64,000 nt of DNA from Albidovulum sp. (GTDB lineage Bacteria; Pseudomonadota; Alphaproteobacteria; Rhodobacterales; Rhodobacteraceae). Shown piece after piece: positions 27,537 through 36,958 of this stretch. The notes under the pieces were generated by a model, which was not told where the DNA came from, ran no database searches, and was given only the letters and a program-made list of their open reading frames with translations. Position 1 is the first letter of the stretch, and each line of letters begins with the position of its first letter. The DNA is taken from positions 3,754 through 67,753 of the forward strand of contig JBAOHB010000014.1 in the NCBI GenBank assembly GCA_037046705.1. Reading direction: 5' to 3'. Position numbers and translations under genes: made by a program.

Positions 27537-28976
27537 TCAGGCCGCGTGGGCCCCCTCGGCCGCGGCCGGGGTCTCGCCCAGCCGCTTGGCCTTCACCTCG
27601 GCGAAGGTCCGGCCGTCGCCATCGAGGATCGCGTCGCGGCCGGTCTCGGCCTGCCAGCGTTCGACGGCGACATCGATATAGGCGGGGCTGATCTCCATCG
27701 CGAAGACGCGGCGGCCGTTTGCCTCGCCCGCCATGATTTGTGAGCCGGAGCCCGAGAACGGCTCGTAGCAGAGCCCGCCGCGGGCGACGTGCTGGCGCAT
27801 CGGGATGCCGAAGGCGTCGAGCGGTTTCGGCGTCGGATGGTCCGGGCGCTCGTCCTTCGCGAAGGACGGCATTTCCCAGGTCGAAGGCAGCGTTTGCTCG
27901 GCCACCTTCGGCGGCCGGTTCGGGCGGCGCCAGCCCATGAAACAGGGCTCGTGCTTCCAGAGGTAATGCGAACGGGTGAGCACCCCGCGGTCCTTCACCC
28001 AGATGATCTGCTGGTGAACGAAGGCGCCCGCCTTCTCCCAGCAAGCCTCGAGCATCGCCTGGCGGCGGGAGGCGTGCCAGCAGTACCAGGCAGCGTCTTC
28101 GGCGATGGCCCCGGCGACCGCCGCCGCGATGAAGCCGTCGTAGAGTTCCGCGCCCTGGCTGCTGTCGTCCCAAGTGACGCCGTAGGACTGCGACCAGTCC
28201 TTGATCCGGGTCGGGTGGTTCGAGCCGTCGTAGTCGACGAGATACGGCGGGTCGGTCGCGAACAGCACGGCGCGCTCGCCGTTCATCAGCCGGCGGACGT
28301 CGTCGTGCGAGGTCGAGTTGCCGCAGAGCAGCCGGTGGTCGCCAAGGATCCAAAGATCGCCGGTGCGCGAGGCCGGGTTACGCGGCGGTTCGGGGATGGT
28401 CACCGAAGGCACCGAGCCCCCGGCGCCACCTTCCTCTTCACCGTCGTCTTCCGCGACGTAGGCCAGCAGCTTGTCCAGCTCGCCCTCCGAGAAGCCGACC
28501 AGCGACAGATCGTAGTCGTCCGCCAGCAGGTCCTGCAGCTCGGCCGAGAGAAGCGCCTCGTCCCAGCTGCCGAGTTCCGTGAGCTTGTTGTCCGCGATGC
28601 GATAGGCCCGGCACTGCGCCTCGGTCAGGTGGCCCAGCACGATTACCGGCGCCTCGGTCAGCCCGAGCTGCGTCGCGGCCAGCACCCGGCCATGGCCCGC
28701 GATCAGCTCCCCGTCCTCGGCGACGAGGCAGGGCACGGTCCAGCCGAACTCGGCCATGCTTGCGGCGATCTTTGCGACCTGGTCGGGCCCGTGCACCTTC
28801 GCGTTCTTCGCGTAGGGTTGGAGGCGCGCAAGCGGCCACATCTCGATCCGCTCGGGGGCGAAGGCGAGGTTCATGCAGGTTCCTGTCGATGATAGGTCGG
28901 CATCCGCCGGACTGGACTCCGGAGCGATGGGGTCCGCCGGCTTCCGGCTGGACTTCGGCATCCGCGGGGTGTCCAC
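27537..28976 (-). CDS. ParB-like nuclease domain fused to an N6/N4 DNA methyltransferase
   Basis: ParB-N block LQPYAKNAKVHGPDQVAKIAASMAEFGW..IAGHGR and the catalytic DPPY motif (LFATDPPYLVDYDG). Confidence 0.8.
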   Translation of the reverse strand: MDTPRMPKSSRKPADPIAPESSPADADLSSTGTCMNLAFAPERIEMWPLARLQPYAKNAKVHGPDQVAKIAASMAEFGWTVPCLVAEDGELIAGHGRVLAATQLGLTEAPVIVLGHLTEAQCRAYRIADNKLTELGSWDEALLSAELQDLLADDYDLSLVGFSEGELDKLLAYVAEDDGEEEGGAGGSVPSVTIPEPPRNPASRTGDLWILGDHRLLCGNSTSHDDVRRLMNGERAVLFATDPPYLVDYDGSNHPTRIKDWSQSYGVTWDDSSQGAELYDGFIAAAVAGAIAEDAAWYCWHASRRQAMLEACWEKAGAFVHQQIIWVKDRGVLTRSHYLWKHEPCFMGWRRPNRPPKVAEQTLPSTWEMPSFAKDERPDHPTPKPLDAFGIPMRQHVARGGLCYEPFSGSGSQIMAGEANGRRVFAMEISPAYIDVAVERWQAETGRDAILDGDGRTFAEVKAKRLGETPAAAEGAHAA

Positions 28977-29326
28977 CCCGCGCGGCCGGTCAGACTTTTG
29001 AATTCACGAGGATTTCTTGGCGTTGCAGCTGAACGCTGGACTCCGGTGGCTTCCCAAAAATCTGGCCCTGTCGCTGGCGAAATGCCGAGCCAAGCCCGCC
29101 AGCATACGTTTCGGCCCGGAAAGGAACCGGAAAACAATGGCTTGGCTGCCTGGACCCCGGCTGGACCCCGGAAGCCAGCCCCGGTGTCCACCTCGGGATC
29201 AGCGTCGGTTCGCCTGAGCGCACGACCCCGAGTATATCGCCATGGATAGCGTCAGCGGGGCGATCCGTCTCGCCGTCCGGTGTATCGCCGAAAATTGTCT
29301 CACGAGCCCGTCGAGCCTTGACACAC

Positions 29327-29752
29327 TCAGTGCGCCGCCTGCGCCACCACGAACTCCATCGACCGCTTCCTCGGCACCCGCTTCCCGTTCAGTCGCCAGA
29401 CGATGACCGCGATCCCGTACTGCCAGCGCCGGTTTGCGGTGGCACGGCTGAAACCCAGCTCCCAGCAGATCGGCTTCCACGGCTTTCGGTTCGCCCGGCG
29501 CCAGAGCAGGCGCGCATCGGCAGGGTCGAGCCAGCGCAGCCAGAGCAGAGCATCCTCGGCCTGCGTGATGTCACGCGGCCCGGGCTTGGGTCGGCGCATC
29601 CGAGGCTCTTGGCCGACCTGGTCGGCGAAGCTGTGGAAGTACTCGGGCCAGGCGTTGAAGTAGCCTTGCGGCTTCACCTCAGGCAGCGAGCGGAACACGT
29701 CGGCCGCGCTCTCGAGCTGGTCCTCGACCATGGTGGGTGTCCAGTCAGCCAT
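29327..29752 (-). CDS. Conserved phage hypothetical protein
   Basis: MADWTPTMVEDQLESAADVFRSLPE, the internal start of ORF 29327..29785. Confidence 0.5.
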   Translation of the reverse strand: MADWTPTMVEDQLESAADVFRSLPEVKPQGYFNAWPEYFHSFADQVGQEPRMRRPKPGPRDITQAEDALLWLRWLDPADARLLWRRANRKPWKPICWELGFSRATANRRWQYGIAVIVWRLNGKRVPRKRSMEFVVAQAAH

Positions 29753-29945
29753 TGGCGGCCTCCGGGTCGTTCGCCCGAGGCCCATACAGCTTCTCCCCGA
29801 GCTGACGCACCAGCTCGCGCTCCGGCCAGGTCAGCCGGTCGTCGTCGACGGAGACGGCGAGTAGACCCTCGTCATGCCAGCCATCGCGCTTCACCTGGTC
29901 CGGATCCCGGCGCGTGCCGCCGTAGCCTTTCGGATACCACCTCAT
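29745..29945 (-). CDS. Hypothetical protein (66 aa)
   Basis: ORF coupled to its neighbours by overlapping start/stop codons. Confidence 0.4.
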   Translation of the reverse strand: MRWYPKGYGGTRRDPDQVKRDGWHDEGLLAVSVDDDRLTWPERELVRQLGEKLYGPRANDPEAANG

Positions 29946-30463
29946 CCCAGGCCCCCGTTCGTCTCGATCGCCCAGTGCAGAATGGCGATGGCGTCGGCCT
30001 CATTGTCGTCTGCGGGTGAGAACCCTCGTGCTCGCGCCGCGGCGATCATCGCCTCCTTGGGCGCGTTGCCCTTGCCGGTGGCGTGGCGCTTGATTGTGCC
30101 GACCGGAACACCCTCGTACGGAACGCCGCGCAGCTCGGCCCAAGAAGTCAGGGTTGCCATCAGCCCGCCGTAGATGTGGGCCGCGTCGGTGCCAGCGTGG
30201 CGGCGCACCTCCTCGAACCAGATCGCGGCGATGGGCCCGGACAGACGGTCGAGTTCGGTCAGCCAGTTGGTGAAACGGAGGTATCGCATGCCGCCGCCGT
30301 CGAAGCGTCCGGGACGAAAGCTGACCGTACCGCTGGTGATCAGTCCGTCATGGCTGCGAAGCGCCCAGCCGGTCGTGGTGCCGAGATCGAGGGCGAGGAT
30401 ACAGGACCGGGAGATCGCGCCCGTTTCGGGGCTCAGGTCCTGCGCGGGGATCGGTGTGTTCAT
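29942..30463 (-). CDS. RuvC-like Holliday junction resolvase
   Basis: ILALDLGTTTGWAL (first catalytic Asp) and C-terminal DDNEADAIAILHW. Confidence 0.7.
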   Translation of the reverse strand: MNTPIPAQDLSPETGAISRSCILALDLGTTTGWALRSHDGLITSGTVSFRPGRFDGGGMRYLRFTNWLTELDRLSGPIAAIWFEEVRRHAGTDAAHIYGGLMATLTSWAELRGVPYEGVPVGTIKRHATGKGNAPKEAMIAAARARGFSPADDNEADAIAILHWAIETNGGLG

Positions 30464-30592
30464 CGTGAAGGCTCACAAGCTGTGGGCCTTCGGCTTCGGT
30501 CACCGCAAGATTTAGCATCCGGCGGGTCGGCGCCAAAGCGAAAACGACCAGGGACGACGCGGCGGGCTAAGATCGACGCGCTGCCCGTCCCG

Positions 30593-30889
30593 GTCCCAAC
30601 CTCCGAGCGCGTGGTCCCAACCTTCGAGGGGGTTGGGACAAGCCTTTATTGTTTTACTCCAATGGCTTGAACGGATGCGGTCCCAACCTCGGTTTCCCCA
30701 ACGGGGGTCCTTCTCTTTTCGTATAGAAAAACATGTTCCCGACCTTTTCCGTTCTCCCACATGAATGTGTAGCAAAAGGTTGGGACCACAAGGCGAGGTT
30801 GGGGACACCGTTGTTTTTGAACGGCTTTTCGTGTCCCCAACCTCCTCGGGAGGTTGGGACAGGGTTGGGACTACTGGGGAGGTTGGGAC
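30593..30889. repeat. Iteron-like array: 10 copies of GGTTGGGAC / GTCCCAACC around an AT-rich core (putative phage origin or operator cluster)
   Basis: GTCCCAACC at 30593, 30614, 30680 and 30833 (the last with an extra C). GGTTGGGAC at 30631, 30778, 30797 (extra G), 30852, 30863 and 30881. 30797-30808 and 30831-30842 form a 12-bp inverted repeat. Confidence 0.7.
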
Positions 30890-31162
30890 AGACGATCCGG
30901 CAGCCATGTAATCCACGGTGCCTTGAAGCCGGAAGCAAGCCGGTGTTCGACCAAGACGTCACTGGACTGAGTGCAGGTGTATCGGCGGACTGCTTGCTGC
31001 CGTGTCGACCTCGGCTGTCAGGGAGAAAGCCAAATCCGGTATGCGAACACATCGCCGCTTGTTACTATATCTGGGAGTGCGAAGAGGGTCTCTCCTCAAC
31101 GCGTTGTAGCCTTAGGGTTTGGAAATGCGAGTATTGGCGTGCCAATCGAAGAAGTTGCCGTG

Positions 31163-34100
31163 ATGATCGACGAGGTGCCCTCACCGTCGGAGTTCATGCG
31201 AATGCGGCGTCCAGAGCAGTTCTCGGATAGCTCTGAACGGTCGCTTTATCGCTTGTCGCGCGACGTGCTGGAACAACGACTGGAGACGCTCACAGCACGA
31301 AACGACATGCAGGCGTTTGAGCGGTTCGCGAGGGCTCTCTGCGAGCGCTTTGTCTGTCCGTTCCTGAAGCCGGCAACGGGTCCGGAAGGTGGGGGAGATG
31401 GCAAGGTCGATACTGAGAGCATCAGGACCGCCGAGGAGGTCGTCGAGCGCCACTTCGAGGGCCGCGCTGACCGCGGCAACGAGAGGTGGGGTTTTGCTTT
31501 CAGTACCAAGAGGGATTGGAAGGCAAAGGCACGCGCTGATGTGGCTGGGATGGTCGGAACTCGGCGAGGCTACAAGACGGCATTCTTCGTCACATCTCGT
31601 TACGCGCGATCAAAAGATCGCTCTGAGTGCAAGATGCGCTGGCGGCCGAGCATGGCATCTTGGTGGAAATTCTCGACCGGAATTGGATTGTAGACAACGT
31701 CATTGAAAAGGATGCCCGCGATCTCGCCTATATCCATCTCGGCATTGGCGAAAAGGTCGAGGAATCGAAGATTGGGCCGCGCGACAGGGAGCGCCGGGAA
31801 AGGTTGGCGTCGTTGGATCGTGACCTCGAAGCTCCCGACCGGGCAGCGGAGGCGCCGCTAGCCGTAGTGAAATGCGCGCTGGACGCCGCAATCCTGTCCC
31901 GAGAACTTGAGCGACCACGATATGAGACTGACGGCCGCTTCGAGCGAGCCATACGGCTCGCCGACCGCCATGGAGCGGACCGACACAGCCTCGCGGCGCG
32001 CTACGAGAAGCTTTGGACGGCACTGCACTGGTTCGACGATATTGGGGCCGTCCGCGATGGCTACCGCGACATCGAGGAGCGCGCCCTCGCTCTCAATCAC
32101 GCATCCGCAATCGAGAGGGCCACGAACCTGCTTTTCGGGCTGTCAGGACCGTTTGCCCAAGCCACCTCAGACGGTGTGGATGTCGACGTACAAGCGGCAT
32201 GGGAACGTCTGGAGGCCAGTCTTGAGTCGATGTGGAATGACGAGACTTCTGCCCAACAACAGGCTGACCGCCCGGACGCTTCTGTTGATGCGTGGCATTA
32301 TGGTGGACCTGGCAGCCAGCGACCTGAGTTCGATCGAGACACGACTATCGCAGATCATCGAAATCATCGACGCCGCCCGCGGATTGATGGAGTATGACTT
32401 TGATCGCTTGGAGCAGCTCGTGGAAATGCTCGGCGAGACGCTCGGAGGAAACGCAACGTTGTCCCGCGTCGTCGACCATCTTGGCGACGCGCTTCAACAA
32501 CGGCGCGGTGAGACGGCACGTGGTATGCTTTTCTTGCGCCGCGCTCGGCAACTTGACATCGAACGGGATCGGTTCGAGGTTATTCGCCGCCTTGGCACCG
32601 TTGTCGAATGCCTGACAAAGGAAGAGCACCTCGATGAGTTGGTGGAAGCGGCATACCTGCTCGCTGTAGCCTATCGCGGGGCCGGGCTACCATGGGCGGC
32701 TAGAGCCACCGCTTTGTTCGGTCTATCAGCAATCGTGATACAAGCCGAAAAGTCGTCGGTGCCCCCGAGTGAGATACTTCCCACATTCCTCCTGTTGGGA
32801 TGGATCGATCTGGAACTTGGTCTTGTCGCGGAGTTACTGGACGTCGTCGCAGTCTCACGCGGCATCCTTGGATCGTTGCCCTTCGACGAAGATTCGAAGA
32901 ATAGAGCACGCGAAACACTTCAGACTTTCGACTTCTCACTCGGAGGCAAATTCCTGAATGCGCGGGAGGCGGATCTGTCAGCCTTCCAGAGCTTGCCCGA
33001 TGTCCTCATGGCAATCGAGTTACCGGCAGCATCCACTTGCCTCTTATATGCTCTTGGCCACGAAGACGAAGCTCTCGGCCCGGCGATCGAAGATCGCGCA
33101 ACAAATCTTGAAATGCTTGCTCAGCTTTCGGCGCAACCCGCTTGCGCCCTGCCTCGCCATGGCCTGATCGGAGAATTCGACGGTCCATTCGCCTTCACAA
33201 CGGATGTCCTCGGGCTGCAGCTGACGATCTCCGGCGACAAGGGAGCGAGATGCGCCTTGGTTGCGCAACTCCTGATCTCAATGGCTGAAACGCTTCTGGC
33301 GACCGGTTTCGAAGCCGGCTTCGCCGCACATCGCGAGCGCTACGAGGTGCGTGTAGTGTTGAGCGATGTGATTGCGGCTCCTTTCCCGAAGTTTGACGAG
33401 ACCGCGTCGCAGGACCTGCTCGAATGGCCAGCCGATTGGAATCCGGCTGAGCCAAGGACAGCATCGGATGCGCGAGATGCATTGCTGACGACAGTCGCGT
33501 ACATCATTGGTCAGACCTGCATCTTGAAGGACGGGACCGAGTCGCTTGAGACGCTCCTCGACAGCGATACGGCAATCAGCCGGATCATGACTTCGCTCGG
33601 ATTGGGTGTCAGCATGAGCCGGGTATTGAAGGAGACGCCGGTCACGCCTGCCAGCATCGCGGATCATTTTCGTGCTGATCCCCCACGGCCTTTTCCTTTT
33701 CGAGCGGTTCTTCCATTGCCCGAAGTTTCCGCGCCAGAAGGACCGACGTCAGGTGACACGACGGATCAGCCATTCGGGGCAATACGCAGCCATCGAGAAC
33801 TGAAGACCCGATCTCTCATTGACGTCCCGCTCTGGAACGCCGCGAAATGGAGGGGTGTCGCGGTGATGAAGCTGTCACTTGTCGGTCTGCCCATTCTGGC
33901 TTTGATGTTCGAGAATTCCGATGCCGGTTATCGCATCTTCGAAGCCTGGCGGGAGAGGCTGGGGTCGGAAGATGAAGCCGGTGAACTCCTGGTGACTATC
34001 GTGACGGACCTGCCGGGTCGTCCGAGATCGCACTACGCCGTCATTCTGACGACCAACTTGGAAGCGCGGCCGGTGATCGGCGAGATGTTTTTCGTGGTCG

Positions 34101-34330
34101 CAAGATCACTGATCATGGAACCGAGTTCGGGAGAGAACCTGCAGCTATTCCTCCGTGATTGGGGGCGCAACGGAGCTTTCCTTATCGGCGGTGCTTCAAT
34201 GCCCCAAGATGTCAGGCCACCTGAACTGCGGAAGGAAACCACGATCCTCAAGAGGCACCTGCGGGTGGCGCGGCACGAGGATCTGGAAGAGTACGAAGTC
34301 GGTTTTCTTGGCGGCTCGAAGGGAGTCTAG
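31163..34330 (+). CDS. Large (~1,055 aa if merged) protein: Mrr-like PD-(D/E)xK nuclease N-terminus plus helical/unknown C-terminal region. Read as 3 overlapping ORFs in the track.
   Basis: ORFs 30971..31693, 31627..32397 and 31907..34330 follow each other in three frames. Protein-like sequence hands over at ~31625 and ~32265. The N-terminal motif is FERFARALCERFVCPFLKPATGPEGGGDGKVD .. WGFAFSTK. Confidence 0.55.
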
Positions 34331-34353
34331 ATCGTCCCATGGTTTAGGGTCAG

Positions 34354-36950
34354 TCAAGTCCGATCCTGCCCCCTCCGATACCGCCACTCCCGCGGCGCCT
34401 CACGGCCGCCCTCGTCGCGGCGTCGGTACCGCTCCCAGCCATTTGCCTTGAGGTAGGCCGAGACGCGCATCTGGTCGCCTCGGGTCCAACGGGCGGGTTC
34501 GAGCCCGATGGCCTCCTCGAGGATCTCGCCGACCGACACATCTCTCAGCGGCTCCGGGCGCGGCACGCTCTCGGTGCGGGAGTTGTCGTAGTCGGGGAAG
34601 CCATCGGAGACGGTGCGGATCTCGTGCGTCAGCCAGTGTTCGATCAGGTCGTCCCAGGCGTCCGACTGGTAGCGGCGGTCCTGTTCCTCGCGGGCTTCCT
34701 CCAGCAGCGCCGGGTCGTCGATCCACCAGATTGCGCCGGCGCGGAAGCGGTGGACGGCCTCCGCCCAGAGCTGGTCCCGGTCACGCGCGAGCGCAGCGAT
34801 GTCTATGGCGCCGCAGCGCAACGGCCAGAAACGACGATTGCCGGTCTCGTCGCGAAGGTAGGTGTCGGGGTTCACGGTGCCGGCAAACACGCACTGTCGG
34901 GGCACCTCGACGGTGTAGCGGCCATAGGGCGGACGGAAGCGGTCGGTGGTGCGGGTCAGGAAGGCCTTGATGCGCGAGACTTCGGCGCGACCAATGGCAT
35001 CGAGTTCGGCGATCTCCACGATCCAGACGCCCTGCATGTGCAGCGCGGCGTCCTTCGACCCGAGCTCGGGCAGTTCGTCGGTGAACCATTCCTCACCGGC
35101 CAGCACCTTGATCGCCGTGGACTTGCGCGCGCCCTGCGGCCCCTCGAGGATCAGCATGTGGTCGGCCTTCACGCCGGGCCGGTAGATGCGGGCGATGGCC
35201 GAGATCAGCCAGAGCGCGCCGATGGTGTGGTTGAACGCCGTGGGCTCGGCGCCGAGACAGGCGCTCGTCCACGTCTCGATCCGGGGCGTGCCGTCCCATT
35301 TCAGGGTGTCGAGCCAGTCGCGGACGGGATGGATGCGCACTCGCGGGCGACGGCGCCGACAGCGCGGCTCACGACCACCGGGGCGACGTTGATGCCGCGG
35401 AGTTGCAGCCATTCGGCGGTGCGGATGTCGTCGGCGTCCTCCCAGGGGCGCGGGAGGGGGGCGATTCCGGCGTCCCACGGCAGCGGCTGGCGCACCACGA
35501 TCTCCTGCCCGAACTCATCGAAGGCGAGCACGCCGGCAAAGGCCGGATCGGAGGTCAGTGCGACGATGACGTTAGCTTCGTTTCGCTCGGGCGCACCCGC
35601 GAGGTCGAGCCGCAGGCGCCTGAACCAGGAAGGCTTCGGGATCGGCGCGTTTGGATCGCCGGTGGCGTTTACGCGGCGGCGGAGCTCGGCCAGCTGCTGC
35701 GTCAGGACCGACATGCCGATCCCGGTCGCGGACTTGATCCGCGCGATGACCTGCCGTTCGGGCAGCGGGTCGAGCCTTGCCAACGCGATGCGCCCGAGCA
35801 GCGTGGACAGGGCTTCGAACTCGGGCGGATTGGTCAGCGCCTCGGCAGCGGCGATCAGGGTCGCGGGATCGTCTGCGGAGGCGACGACGGGTGTGACCGT
35901 TTCAGGGTCGACCGTATCTCCGGCCTGCGGCTCGGCTGCGGTATCTGTCTCGTGCGCGTAATCCTCGGCGCGAGCGCCGCGCTGCAGATCGTCGTTGAAG
36001 TCGTCGCCGTGGAGCGGCGCGACGATCTCGTTCGGGATGTCGGCCCTGTTCAAACGGTCCGAGAGCGTTGCGGCCGCCTGGCGGCCGGCGTCTCCGGCAT
36101 CGGCGTAGATGGTGACGCGCCGGGCACCCTCGGGCCACTGGAACCGCGCCAGACCGTCGGCCGACAGCGCCGCCCAGACCGACATGCCGAAGAGCGCGTG
36201 CGCGGCGAGCGCCGTCTCGATCCCCTCGGCGATGCCGATTTGACCATCCTCCGGCATCGGTAACAGCCGGACCACGGCATCCTTCACGCTGCCCAGCATC
36301 TTCTTGCCCGGAGGCGCCTTGGCGCTGCCGTCGTCGAGCAGGAAGGTGCGATGGATACCCGGCGCGCGCTCCCCGCCCGGCAGCCGCAGGATCGCGATGA
36401 GGCCGGGCCAGCCACGGCAGCTGTCGAAGTCCGGCAAGTCGGGATGGAACAACAAGTCGGACGATCCGGGATCCGACAGCCCGCGCGCGCGCAGATAGGT
36501 CTCGCCCAGCGTGCCCGCGAGTGGAACGGCCCCGTCGACGAGACGTGCGATCTCGGAAGAATGATCCGGGCGCGCGCGCAAGGGCGCCGCCGGCGCAGGC
36601 CGCGGCGCTGGATGGACCATACCCGCGAGCCGCGCCGCCTCGTCGAAGAGCGCGCCATCGCAAAGGCCGGTCGCCTGGGCGATCAGGTCGATGGGACCGG
36701 CCCGCTCGCCGGTGGCGTAGTCGAAGCCCCAGCCGGCATAGGGCCCGTCGAGATGGATGGTGCAGGAGCCCTCCTTCCGTGGCGGGCGCCCGGAGAGGTC
36801 GGCGCAGCGCAAGGAACGACGGTCGCGCGCCAGCCGGGCCTCCGGGAAGAGCCCCGGCAGCCAGTCGGCGGCGGTGCAGGCCAGCCGCTCCTTCACCGCC
36901 GCGAGATCGTGCCGGGTCTTCGGGACCGCGATGTCGTTGAGGTCGATCAT
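34354..36950 (-). CDS. Toprim-domain primase fused to a VirE-family P-loop NTPase, frame break near 35340
   Basis: ORF 35301..37073 (start MIDLNDIAV at 36950; GIAEGIETALAA..IYADAGDAG Toprim). It continues in ORF 34354..35478 (RIHPVRDWLDTLKWDG, Walker A GPQGARKST). Confidence 0.8.
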
Positions 36951-36958
36951 CGCGCCCC

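Noticed and set aside
30593-30889. CRISPR array
   Set aside because: The repeats are only 9-10 bp, occur in both orientations and have irregular spacing. No cas genes are present in the window.
30512-30916. 134-aa minus-strand ORF (plus 30654..31052 and 30733..31230) across the iteron region
   Set aside because: The recurring GW/WD peptides simply mirror the GGTTGGGAC repeats. The region is better explained as a non-coding repeat array with an AT-rich core.
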